Source: Octopus sinensis (Eukaryota). From it: a stretch of 64,000 bases of DNA. Shown one piece after another: positions 12,722-25,190 of the stretch. The DNA lies in contig NC_043015.1 of assembly GCF_006345805.1 (NCBI RefSeq), forward strand, positions 18,042,001-18,106,000, in the 5' to 3' direction. The position numbers were made by a program, and so were the translations under genes. The notes under the pieces are model-generated. The model searched no databases. It had not been told where the DNA came from and was given only the letters and a program-made list of their open reading frames with translations. Position 1 is the first letter of the stretch; each line of letters begins with the position of its first letter.

Positions 12722-13130
12722 CATCATCATCATCGTTTAACGTCCGTTCTCCATGCAGCATGGGTTGGACGGTTCGACGGGGATCTGGGAAGCCAGAAGG
12801 CTGCACCAGACTCCAGTCTTATCTGGCAATGTTTCTACAGCTGGATGCCCTTCCTAACGCCAACCACTCCGAGAGTTAGTGGGTGCTTTATTACAACCCG
12901 CACAGGTGCAGGAGAGGCTGGCAACGGCCACGGTCGGATTGGTGCCAGTCGAGGCGGCTCTGGCATCGGCCACGATTCGGATAGTGCTTTTTACGTACCA
13001 CCAGTCCAGGGGTCCTGGCATTTGCCGGGTGCCACACTTGCCCCAACATGTCTTCGCAAGCAAAGGGGGTTGGCGGGGTGCCTGTCGTGGGATGAGGTTC
13101 GATATCAACTTCGCTTGCCTCAACAGGTCT
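12722..13130 (-). mobile_element. GAT-tailed RTE 3' UTR fragment
   Basis: (CAT)n-cgtttaacgtccg..ggatgcccttcctaacgccaacc, same 3' end as the LINE at 14301-16088. Confidence 0.85.
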
Positions 13131-13386
13131 TTGTGTATAAATGTATAAATTTTTCGCACTAAATTCTTTCCGTAGAATTTATCAAAAACGCGCAAAATTA
13201 TTCCGTAGAATTTATCAAATTAAAAAACGCAAAATTAATATATTTTTTGAAATTGCAAATTATTTAGAATATAAAACAAATGAAGTTAAATTTTAAAAAT
13301 AAATGTCATATACTTATACTCTGTAAGGTGCTGTGTTCACACTTCAATTTACTATTTTCTAGAAATGTTGCTTTTCTAATTGAAAC

Positions 13387-13574
13387 AATTTTTCTCAATC
13401 TCCATTTAAAAGTCCATAATGCCTCTTGAGACATATCAAAATGAACAACTTTGAATTACGCGGCGGCGGTGGGGGTGGTGGTGTGTGGGTTCTAATTTTT
13501 TTTCTGATCTCTCTTTGCCCCCTAGATGGAGGTGTGTGGGTGGGGAGACAGATGAAAGATGTTTCATTCTCTTA

Positions 13575-13614
<40 letters not shown>

Positions 13615-13940
13615 CTTAAACCTACACGATATAGTCTATAAATTTGGGATGTTTTTGAAAGATAATATATTTTGTCATCAGAATATATATACTTTCTCAC
13701 ACTACAATTAAGATATATTTATTTTAAATCGTTCATCTTTTCCCGCGACAACAAAAATTGGGCGCGAAAATTTTTCTAAATATCAGCGGAATGAACAACT
13801 GAGATAAAGAGGGGGCAAAGAGAGATCAGAAAAAAAAATTAGAACCTCACACCACCACCGCCGCCGCGTAATTCAAAGTTGTTCATTTTGATATGGCTCA
13901 AGAGGCATTATGGACTTTTAAATGGAGATTGAGAAAAATT
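13387..13940. repeat. Inverted repeat, ~135-bp arms (13387-13523 / 13810-13940)
   Basis: aatttttctcaatctccatttaaaagtccataatgcctcttgag..ctctttgccccct recurs as a near-perfect reverse complement. Confidence 0.9.
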
Positions 13941-14300
13941 CTCCCAAAATTCACTCAGTTGAGATATCACGTTAAGCAATGTCGGATACTATAAGCCAAC
14001 TATTTACAGAGTGAAATCGCATGTTTTAACGAATGTACCAACGAGATTTGGGTTCAAATTTACATTTAAATAACAATAGGTTTTCTCGGCCAGGTTGGTA
14101 TTATGAACCAAAAAGTTTTTCGGCCGGGTATGGCCGGGTTAGTAACGAAAGGGTTAATGAATATAGATTAACTGATGATTTATAATTTTGAATGTATAGG
14201 ATAATTTTTTTCTTTATGTAATACTTTTTTATAATGATAATATGTACTTTATTTATTCAATTAAAGAACAAAGTATTTGATCTAAATATAAATTAGTTTA

Positions 14301-16088
14301 CATCATCATCATCGTTTAGCGTCCGCTTTCCATGGGTTGGATGGTTCAACTGGGGTCTGGGAAGTCAGAAGGCTGCACCAGGCCCAGTCTGAATTGGCAA
14401 TGTTTCTACGGCTGGATGCCTTTCCTAACGCCAACCACTCCGTGAGAGTAGTGGGTGCTTTTTACATGCCAGACGAGGCTGGCAAACAGCCACAATCGGA
14501 TGGTGCTTTTTACGTGCCACCGGCACGAGGCCAGTCGGGGCGGCGCTGGCAACGGTTCTCTTACGTACCACCGGCACTGGTATCACAGCTGCAATTTCCA
14601 TTGATGTTGATCAACTTCGATTTTCACTTGCCTCAACAGGTCTTCACAAGTAGAGTTTTGTGTCCCAAGAAGGAAAGGTATGCATAAGTGGACTGGATAC
14701 ATCCCATGTAGAGGCCACGGGTTATGGTCTCACTTGTCCTGCCGGGTCTTCTCACGCACAGCATACTTCCAAAGGTCTCGGTCTCTGGTTATTTCCTCAG
14801 TGAGATCTAAAGTTCGAAGGTCGTGCTTCACCACCTCGTCCCAGGTTTTCCCGTGTCTGCCTCTTCCACAGGTTCCTTCAACCGCTAGGGTATGGCACTT
14901 TTTCACACAACTATCTTCATCCATTCTCACCACATGACCATACCAGCGCAAACGTCTCTCTTGCACACCACAACTGATGCTTCTTAGGTCCAGCTTTTCT
15001 CTCAAGGTACTTACACTCTGTCGAGTATGAACACTGACATTACACATCCATCGGAGCATACTGGCTTCATTTCTTGCGAGCTTACGCATATCCTCAGCAG
15101 TCACTGCCATGTAGCATGGCTGTTCGTACACACGCATCATACAGTCTGCCTTTTACTCTGTGCGAGAGGCCTTTTGTCACCAGCAGAGGTAAGAACTCTC
15201 TGAACATTGCCCAAGCTATTCTTACTCTAGCAGTTACACTTTCAGCACACCTGCCCCTGCTACTGACTTGGTCAACTAGGTAACGGAAGCTATCAACTAC
15301 TTCTAGTTTTTCTCCCTGGAATGTGGCAGAAGTTGGTCTCAGAGCATTTTCAGTGTTATTGCTCCTGAGCATCTACCACATACAAAAACTATCTTCCTAG
15401 TTAGCCTTCCTTTGACATTGCTGCACCTCTTATGTGTCCATAGCTTACACTTGGTGCATCTTATAGAGTTTCTACCTACACCTTTTCTACAGATTGAGCA
15501 GGGCCATCTACCTGAAGGCGTTTGTGATTTGTCTACCTTCCAACTTATTAGGACTTTGGTTTTAGCTAGATTGACTCTAAGGCCCTTCGATTCTAATCCA
15601 TGCTTCCACACCTGAAACTTCTCCTCCAGTTCTGATAGTGACTCAGCAATTAGTGCAAGGTCATCAGCATAGAGGAGCTCCCAGGGGCATCCTGTCCTGA
15701 ATTCCTCCGTTATTGCCTGGAGGACTATGATAAATAGAAGGAGGCTGAGGACTGAGCCTTGGTGGACCCCTACCTCTACCCGGAATTCTTCACTGTACTC
15801 GTTGCCAACCCTCACCTTACTAGCGGCGTCCCTGTACATGGCTTGCACAGCTCTCACTAACCATTCATCTATCCCTAGTTTCCTCATTGACCACCAAATA
15901 AGGGATCAGGGGACCCTGTTGAAGGCTTTCTCCATGTCAACGAAAGCCAGGTCCAGGGGCTTATCTTTGGCTAGGTATTTCTCCTGCAGCTGTCTGAATA
16001 TAGCATCAGTGGTACTTTTCCCTGGCATGAACCCAAACTGCATCTCATCTAAACTAACTCTCTCTCTAATTAGTTGGGCTATGACCCT
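14301..16088 (-). mobile_element. 5'-truncated GAT-tailed RTE LINE (RT with PHD insert)
   Basis: QFGFMPGKSTTDAIF..FVDMEKAF..GVHQGSVLS..LYADDL..C4HC3..FRYL..RLRWYGHV; (GAT)n tail. Confidence 0.93.
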
Positions 16089-16500
16089 ATATAATAAGTT
16101 TAATTTATTATTGTTTAGCATTTGTTTTCAGTATTAATGTGATATATAATATATATTTATTTTATACTACAGTCAAGTATATAGTTTGTAATAAATTTGT
16201 TAAATTAATCAATATGTATGTATTTTTAATATATTTCGAAGTAGATTAGATGTTCATTTAATTAATATTATATAATGAATTTTATTAGAATATAGTTTTA
16301 TATTAATTAGTGGTCATAATATAGATTAATGTTTGAATTACTACTGAATTAATTTTGAATGTGTCTAATAGTTATTTTTTTTTTAAATAAAGATTTGACT
16401 ATAACGTAACCTTTTTTATATAAAATTAATTAATTTTTATAAGATTTTTAGAGTATATACAGTAATTGGTAGTTATATAAATTATTTAATTTATAGAGTA

Positions 16501-17288
16501 CTAGCAGCATAGCCCAGCGTTGCCAGGGTATGTAAGAGCCCCTAGTAGGCAACAACTAATCCCAATCTAGTCCTTTCCCTCTAGGGAACGAAGGCGCATG
16601 TGTAGGTTGCAATGTCTTCTCTTCCCTCCCAAATAACTATCAAACAGCTATCGATAATTCAACCCAACCAATTCCTACCAGGAAGAAATTACATTCGAGA
16701 CTTTACCCACTTCTGCTAATAGCTGCTGCAGCCGCAAGTTATTCGAATACATTTTTGTTTACACTTTCTTTATAACTACCACCCCAAACGTTTTACCTTA
16801 AATTTTTGACGTACCCTAAGGGTCCTCAGACGCTACTTGCAAACTCTTGGTTTATTATAAAGCGCTTTTGTCGTGTGCATCAAAAAAACCTTTTTCATTC
16901 GTTTGTTCAGTTTGGTCACTTTTGACTTTTTCGTTGTTGTCACTCACATTGCTGCCCGCTTTTTTGCCGTTTTTGTACATTTTTATACATTTTGGGATAC
17001 TTACCCCACATGTTCCAAGAGTTAAAAAGGTCGAGTTGCGTCCTCTAGACAGTCTGTAGAAAATGTGTTGCATATAAAAAGCTTAGATTCTCGACCCATG
17101 TCGAATTCATCAATTTTTTTTCAAAACTGGGGGAACTTTTCAAAATTTTCGCTGCGTTAGTTTTGAATTATGACATTGGGCTATGTGTGTGTCAAGTTTC
17201 ATCAGAATCGGTTGAAAGCCGTGGTCAGGGTGAGGGTACAACCTGACAGACACACAGACAGACAAACTGCCGTTTATATATAGAGAGA
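16501..17288 (-). mobile_element. Non-autonomous Helitron
   Basis: Minus strand starts A|TCTCTCTATATATAAA, has CTGT microsatellite, ends with GC-rich subterminal hairpin then CTAG|T; no TSD. Confidence 0.85.
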
Positions 17289-18673
17289 TTGAGTATAATT
17301 TATTATAGTTATTTTTAATTATAAATTTTATAGTATATAGTGATTTTATTCTCTAATAGTGACTTTGTTCTCTTTATCTATTATAGCTAAAATATAGCTG
17401 TATTTTCCATTGATAATATTTATTCATAATTTTCATTGATAAAATATATTCGTAGTTTTTATGGTTAAAAGCATTTTCCATCTGTTATTCTATTTCTGTT
17501 AATAACGTAATTCCACAAGTATTCTTATAAACGCTTAAAAAACGTTTTCCGTTTTAAAATTTTAGTTAATGACAAGATTTTTGAAAGCTAAGTAAACATT
17601 TTCTATTTAAGATTTTTAAAGATATTCTAATAAAGTTTTATTGTATTGTATTGTATTGTATACTATATAACTACTGATTGTTAATTTGATTCTATACTTA
17701 TTTAGTTGTTGATGATATGTATTTAATTATTATATTATAACTGTACATTATTTGTAAGATATTACTTAGCCAACGAGATATATAGATCGTAAAATAGTTA
17801 TACGGTTCTTTTAAGATAGGTTATATGTTTATAATTTGATTTTTTATCTTTAATTTTTTAATGTATTTCATAAATATATTATATTAATATTTAATATTTA
17901 TGTAAGTAATAATGGACTAATTAATTTATTTATTTTTCCTTATATGTCTATATATTTATTGATAGAGTAAATTTTAGATTTTAATTACTATATTTGTTGA
18001 TAATAATTTAGTTACTTTTAAATATTTTATAATTATTAGATGTGAACTTAAATCTAAAAATATGAATAGTGATTATTTTGTTAAATAATTTGGTAATTAA
18101 ATATTGGACTATAACTGAGTTAAGGATATTCGTGAGTTTATTATGTTTTTTTAAAGCCATATTATATCTTCATAGATAAATACATGCTTCTATCTATTTT
18201 TTTACCTTAAAATAAATATTTAACATAATAAATGGGTTGTATGACATAATCCTAATGTTCTAAGTTTCTAATTTAGATAATGGAGTTTTTTTTATAAGAA
18301 AAATCATTATTTTATGTATTTCTTAAAAAATATTGTTTAACTCTATTTGCTTATTTATTTAACTATTATCATTAACCTCAAGATTGACTATAATTTCAGT
18401 TCTAATTTATTTCAATTGAATTTAAACTTAATTGTAATTCAAATTCAATTATAGCCATGAAACGTATGTAGTGTTTTTACTTATTATATTATATTTATCA
18501 TTCTTTTTATACTTTTTGGTTAAAAAAATAAAAATAAATTTTTAAAAATTAAATTTTATATTTTATATATATTATATTATTTATATTATTTGTTATTTAT
18601 GTATTGTTTTATGTCTATCACTGTTTGAGTTGCCTAATAGTGGTTTTATCTCTAATTCATATTTTATATTTTA

Positions 18674-20521
18674 TCTCTATATATAAAACTGAAATGCGTT
18701 TCCACCGCTTGGATCGCTTTCAAGGCCACTACATCCTGTCGGATTCACACCAAAATTTACAGGGACATGTAAAATGAGGTGACGATGCCCGTGGGCTACC
18801 TTAGAAATCCCTATCTTAAAAGGTGTCATTGCTAGGGCCAAAAACCTACTTTGACAAGTCCACTCTCGTTCTTTTACATATCTGTCTTCCTCACTCACGC
18901 TACTTCCTCCATTCCCCTCTAACTCCTCTTCAGTTTCCCTTTATAAGTTCGTCAAACAGCGTTCTTATATGTATCTGTCTGCATTCATAGAGAGAATTAT
19001 CATCGCCAACACACGAGCATGAGAACAAATATTATGAATCAGATATTTATTGCGTTCATTTATATATGTGTGTGTGTGTTCGATATATAAATATGTATTT
19101 ATAATGTATATATACAAAGTGTATATATCTGTATTTATGTATATTAAACTTTTTAATACTTTTTGATAGTTATATATATTTTTAAACAAATTATAAATAT
19201 AATTTAATAATTTTTATTTTAAATCTTAATAATTTAAATTTTTCAATTTTATATTTTATATATTTTCTATATTATATTTTTATTTTTATGTTTTTGTTTT
19301 GGGTTTTTCACTGTTTGATTTGCCTATTAGTGGTTTTATCTCTAATTTAATTTATACATATATATATATATATAATTTGTATACATTTGTATATATAATG
19401 CGTGCACACACACACACACACATATATTTTTTCCCTCAAATGAAAGGTGTGACCTCTAGGACAAAATTCCTCATCTTATAAAATGTGGCCCCAGTACACC
19501 CGAATGAAATCGGGTTATATTAACCAAAATGTGAAAAGGGGTCTAAATGAGGCTGGAAGGGGATTAAAATTTAAAGGAGTGAGTGTTTAGGAATTCCCTG
19601 TTACATCAAGCTAAAAAATTTGCGCCAGCCTTTTAATCGTCAATGTGTTGCCGTCCATGATGAAGAAGTTGTTAATGCTTGCCATGGTGAGTCTACTGTC
19701 GTGAGAAAGAATCACTTCAAAACTTGGTGTTTACGAATTTTCTTTTACATCAAGTTCAAAATTTTACGCCAGCCGTTAAACTGTCAATACGTTGCTCTCC
19801 GTCATTAAGAAATGCCAGCCATGGTGACTCTACTATCCTCAGATTCTATCCCTTCAAACTTTGGTTTCCAATATTTTATTATTTTTATGCAGCTCGCAAG
19901 TTCGTCTGTCCCTTTTAAATGTTAGCATTTTGCTGTCTGCCTTGAAGCAGACCTTTCCGTTGCCACTGCCTGATATTTATGATTGATCTTTCTAAATATT
20001 TTATTTCTCAACTTACTCAAGATCTTTTGTTGTTTATAAATGGGAGAGAGATAGATAAAGATAGAGAGTAAGAGAAAGCGAGGGAGAGTCCGAGAGAAAA
20101 GAAAAGTAAGAGAGTGGGAAAGTGAGAGAGAAACAAAGAGGGAGAATCATCATCATCATCGTTTAACGTCCGTTTTCCGTGCTAGCACGGGTTGGACAGT
20201 TTGACCGGGGTCTGGGAAGCCAGGAGACTGCACCAGGCTCCAGTCTGATCTGGCAGTGTTTCTACAGGTGGATGACCTTCCTAACGCCAACAACTCTGTG
20301 AGTGTAGTGGGTCCTTTTTTCGTGCCGCCGGCACTGGTGCCAGGTGGGCTCGCAGCGGCAACGATCGGTTGTTGCTTTTAACGTGCCACCGGCACAGAAG
20401 CCAGTCAAGGCCATGCTGCAATCGGCCACATTCGGATGGTGCTTTTTACGTGCTGAAAGGAAGCAACAGAAGGTAACAACCACACTCTTACCCGCGCGTA
20501 GAGCAGGTCACCTTCAGCTAG
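18674..20521 (+). mobile_element. Non-autonomous Helitron with nested PLE end and RTE fragment
   Basis: Starts A|TCTCTATATATAAAA; ends hairpin acccgc-gcgtaga-gcaggt then CTAG|T at 20518-20521; internal ~145-bp tandem repeats 19600-19950. Confidence 0.72.
20148..20451 (-). mobile_element. GAT-tailed RTE 3' UTR fragment
   Basis: (CAT)n-cgtttaacgtccgttttcc; homologous to 12722-13130 and 14301-14600. Confidence 0.85.
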
Positions 20522-20744
20522 TATATTTATATTGTGAAATTTGATTTAATCCTAAATCTAATTTTTCCCTGTAAGTTTGGAGCCATACTCCCTAACATTA
20601 TTATTATATATATATATATATATATATTGATAGAAATGGTAAGACAACAAAAGAATGGAAGAGACCTCGATATTATGTAAATAGAGGAATTTATCTGAAA
20701 ATATAATATGTGGCAATTATTCGATACATACATACATATGTAAA

Positions 20745-21140
20745 GACACAGGTGTAGATGTGTGGTAAGAAGCTTGCTCCCCGACCACATGGTTCTGGGT
20801 TCAGTCCCACTGTGTGGCACTTTGGGCAAGTGTCTTCTACTATAGCCTTGGGCTGACCAAAGCCTTGTAAGTGGATCTGGTAGACAGAAACTGAAAGAAG
20901 TTCATCATATGTGTGTGTGTGTGTGTGTATCTCTTTGCGTCTGTGTTTGTCCCTCCACCATCGCTTGACAACCAGAGTTGGCGTGTTTACATCCCTGTAA
21001 CTTAGCAGTTCAGAAGCAGCTGATAGAATAAGTACTAGATTTAAAAAATAAATCCTGGGCTTGATTTGTTTGACTAAAACCCCTAAAGGCCGTACTCCAG
21101 CATGGCTGCACTCAAATGACTGAAACAAGTAAAAGAATGA
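20745..21140 (+). mobile_element. tRNA-derived SINE
   Basis: A/B-box-like tgtggtaag..ggttcagtccc head, conserved ttgggcaagtgtcttctactatagcc core; multiple copies in window. Confidence 0.85.
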
Positions 21141-21184
21141 AAGAATACATTTATATACATATATACATACATACACATACATAC

Positions 21185-21870
21185 ATCATCATCATTTAAT
21201 GTCTACTTTCCATGCTGGCATGAGTCATATGGTTTGACTAGAACTGGCAAGCCAGAGAGCTGCACCAGGTTTCAGTCTGATTTGACATGGCTAGATGCCC
21301 TTCTTAAAATCAACCACTCCAAGAGTGTAATGGGTGCTTTTCATGTGCTATTTACATGACATTGGTAACAGCCATGACTATGGCTTCACACAGCTTAACA
21401 AATCATCTCAAGTACAGCATATCACCAAGGTCTCGGTCACTTGTCATCGCTTCTGAGAGGCCCAACGTTCGAAGATCAGGCTTCACCACTTCATCTCTCA
21501 CCTCTGTGAAGCCCAACTTTTGACAATCATTTCGAAAATGATGTAATCAAGCAATGCCCATGATTACAATTTCATGGGTGTCATTTAGTGACATTAGCAA
21601 CAGCCATGACTACAATTTTACTTGGCTTGACAAGTATTCTTAAGCCCAGCATATCACCAAAGGTCTCTGTCACTAGTCATAGCCTATGTGCGGTCCAACA
21701 TTCAGAGATCATGCTTCACCACCTCGTCCCATGTCTTCCTTGGTCTACCTCTTCCACAGATTCACTCCACAGTTAGAGATCAATACTTCTTTACACATCT
21801 GTTCTCAGCCAAAAGAAGTGCCAATCTCTAATTGAAGAGGGAACCTGTAGAAGAGGTAGATCCAGGAAGA
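21185..21870 (-). mobile_element. Older GAT-tailed RTE 3' fragment with internal tandem copies and a fold-back 5' end
   Basis: (CAT)n tail; repeated cagcatatcacc..aggtctc..cttcaccac units; 21734-21790 inverted at 21814-21870. Confidence 0.75.
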
Positions 21871-21951
21871 TATATATATATATAAATATACACGTATATA
21901 CATATATACACACATATGTACACATATATACATACATATAAGCAATCATAT

Positions 21952-22506
21952 ATTCCATCGCAACACCTGTGTAATGAGAAATTGCCTTGAATCTGTCCAT
22001 ATTTAATACCCCCTATCATCACCCATCTTTACTATTGGTCATCACTCCATGTCACTTTTCATTAAAAACTACTACTCTCACCACTTTTTTCTATCGCTAT
22101 TCTGCACTCTTACCACCAACTACTTAGATGGTGATAGGAAAGGGCATCTGGCCAGAGACATCATACCAAAAATAGAGTGTGTGAGTGAAGTTTGGTTCCC
22201 AAATCAACTAGTAACATCATCAAGTATTCCACAAGACAAGATCCCTCGATTGTGTTGGGGTGGCCTCATGCCAGGTGTTCAGAGGCTAAAGTATGATAAA
22301 AGGACATGAATAGGTGTCTTGTTGTAGAGGAGATACATGAACACCAACATTAGAAAGTGAATGCTAGTGATGAGGTACCAGGATGTACCCACAGAGTATA
22401 AGATGGGATAAAGAGAAAAAAAGGACAAAGAATTGAGAATGGCTAGATGAGTAGGTTTGCAAGAGTGTGAAATGAGAGTACAGATGGTTAAAGATAGAGG
22501 ATGAGG
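21952..22506. repeat. Right arm of long-range inverted repeat (partner 3405-3960)
   Basis: The same spurious ORF (MSLFIKNYYSHHFF..DKIP) appears at 22049+ and 3863-. Confidence 0.9.
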
Positions 22507-23089
22507 TTAGTGCACCGAATAGTGAACATGTAGAGGCATGATCAAAAGTGAAACTATTTAGATGCAAAGGCAAATAGGAGTAGGTCAGAGAGGAGATGAT
22601 AGGTAATAATATATAAAAGGAGGGAAGTGGAGGAGAAAAGTATAATGTAACGGTGGGGAGATGATGTTCAAGTGTGGTGGGGAGAGAAAGGAATGTACAC
22701 TGACAGAGATGGAGGTCATGTAGGGGTGGATATAGTGAGTGACAAAAGTGGAGAGGCTGCAGATTGGCAGATATGAGAGAGAGTCTACTGGAATAGAAAA
22801 TGGTAACGGATGTTGTGGGATGTGTGAGAAGGGAAGTGGTTCCAAAGAGAAAGATAACTTGTAGCACGAAAGTGTGGGATGAAATATATGCAGTTCTGCT
22901 CTCATAAATACAGTAGCTAAGAAAATAGCTAGTAGTTAGAATGGTGAAGGAGGGAAGGGTGTTACAAAGATGAGTTGTGGATAAGATTTGACAGGCACAG
23001 ATTGGATGCAGGAGTATAAATATAACAGATGTGCTTTCAGGATTGCATTTTTTTCTTGATAGGTAAGTCTTCTCAAACACAGTGAATCA

Positions 23090-23765
23090 CCAATCATCTC
23101 AGGCCTTTATCTCCTCTGAGAGACTCAACAACACGAGGTTGGTCTTCACAACTGGGTTTCCCTCTTCCACAGGTTCCATCCACATTTAGCATGCAGCACT
23201 TTATGCAGCGATTCTCATCCATATGCATCACATGACCATACCAATGCAGTCCTCTCTCTTGTACATTACATCTCATGCCTCCTAAATCCAATTTGAGCTA
23301 AGCTTTGTCATTAATGCACACTACTGATGCACATCCAACAGAATATGCTAGCTTCATTTCTTTCACATGCCCTCTACATTCACTACCATATAACATTGCT
23401 ACTCGTATGCAAGCATTAAACAATTTGCCTTTCACTGTGAGAGGGAGGCCTTTCGGTACTAACAGAGGTGATAGCTCTGAACTTTCTTCAACAAGCCTGT
23501 GTTCAAGCAGCTATACTTTCACAACACGAGGTCACCTAAGTAACAAAAGCTATGCATGACCTTTAGGGATCCTCCTGGGCATTTGGGAAAATCTATTTCC
23601 AGTGTCTTCTTAATTTTATTGTGCCTCCATATCTGCCACAAACCAAGTCTACATTTTCTGTTAATCTTCCTGTGATTCAGCAGCACCTCATTTGTGTCCA
23701 TAGTTTGCATTCAGTACACTATATATTGAACGAGGCCATTTTCCTGGTAAGAGAAGCATCCTATT
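23090..23765 (-). mobile_element. Decayed RTE LINE fragment (PHD-insert family)
   Basis: QERGLHWYGHVMHMDENRCIKC..GTCGRGKP and remnant of the Cys-rich insert. Confidence 0.8.
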
Positions 23766-23839
23766 TGTTCATTCACTTCCAACCCATCAGTAGCTTGCAT
23801 ATTGTTGCCATCTTAGTAATATGTATGTGAAACTATGCA

Positions 23840-24189
23840 TCACTACTAATGTGGATTCCCAGGTCATGCACCTACCCTGACTCTGGGATTGCAATATCTC
23901 TTGGTTCTGTGTATTCTGATTGCAATTTGTTTATGGATTAGTGGAAGAGTGCTTGAAACTTGTAAGCATTAAGCTGCATATGGTGTTCTTCAGCTTACTT
24001 GTATAGTGTGTTCAAATCTTTCTGTAGTTCTGCAGTATCTCCATGGTCTTTGACTGCTTGTGATGATACTTTTGCATCATCAGCATAGCTGGTGAGATTG
24101 ACTAACTATGACTGAGGGCATGTGAGAGCCACCATAAACAATAGTGGTCCTTGTAAGTTCCTTGAGGGACTCCACTTAGTATTGATGTC

Positions 24190-24225
<36 letters not shown>

Positions 24226-25190
24226 AAGCACCATTAGCTACGACTGACTCCCATCTTTTAAAAAGTTATGCAGTCTCTCCTCTAGTTTTCCAATGATATC
24301 AAGGTCACATAGTTTGTGACATATTCCATGTTGAAGGCCTTGACAAAGTCAAAATATATATCACATCTAATTTGAATGGTTGAACAGTTGTTTCACTACC
24401 TAGTCATAATATTGTAGTAGCTAAGGCAACTACTTTCTGGGCAGAAGCCATGCTGCATATTAGTGAGCAAGCCATTTTCTCTTAGTAGTGTAATCAGCTT
24501 CCTTCTAGCAATGTGTTTTATGGCTTACTGGCAAGTGAGGTCAGAGAGATAGGCCTGAAATCTTTAGCATCTGCTCTGTTCCCTTCTTTGTGGATAGGCG
24601 ATATAATTGACATAAATCGATTGTCACTTTTCTGTGATGTGTTGCAGTGTTGAAGAACTTATCAAGCTTGCTTATTTGCATATTTCCCAGTGGAGTGGTA
24701 ACAACACTTTCAAGTTGTTTATTAAGTATTTCACTTATCCTCATGGAGTCTGAATTTAGGGAATATTTTCTTCAAACAATGGCCTTAATCTTGTAGTGCA
24801 CAAAGACAGATTTTGAAAGTTTTTTTAAAGGCCTTAGGATTCATTTTTGTTTTCAACTACCCTGGTTTCTCTTTCTTGCTTTTCTTTCTCATGGGAGAGT
24901 TTGAGTTTAATTTTGATCTCTAAAATTGTCTTTTTGAAGATGAACTTTTTGCTGTCATTAGGTTGTTTACTTAAATGATTTTAAGACTTTTATTCATTTC
25001 ATGAGAAATAATGCTTTTGTATGTTTTAGCTTTTCTCTCAGGGAGAAATTTAATGCACATGGCTTGCATTATTGACATAAATTCTTTTGAGTTTGCACAG
25101 AGAAACTTTTGGGCCAATATTGTTTGAGGATCACTTTTTGAAGTGACTTCCAGTCAGCTTAGTAGAAATTCAGGTCAGATGAAGTTTGGG
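23840..25190 (-). mobile_element. Decayed CR1/L2-type LINE RT fragment
   Basis: Minus GPLLF..SYADDAK..LQKDLNTLY..MQLNAYKFQ; QHGF and DFVKAF remnants. Confidence 0.7.

Larger units (their letters stand above)
12250..14158. mobile_element. Probable non-autonomous piggyBac-type element; only the right end is recognisable
   Basis: Ends gtaacgaaaggg|ttaa at 14158; non-coding; CpG-rich left part; left boundary uncertain. Confidence 0.45.
10818..18668 (-). mobile_element. Strongly AT-eroded Penelope-like element with inverted terminal copies, broken by nested insertions
   Basis: Identical ~90-nt inverted ends (10818-10870 plus 11717-11754 vs 18578-18668); AT-rich pieces 11960-12250, 14159-14300, 16089-16500, 17289-18400 give faint PLE motifs on minus (IIDKENKVTI, IL*PLINIK). 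Confidence 0.6.

Noticed and set aside
22049-22309. Duplicated ORF (also 3663-3863) as a conserved small gene
   Set aside because: Identity reflects the DNA duplication; stop positions differ and there is no domain or splice support
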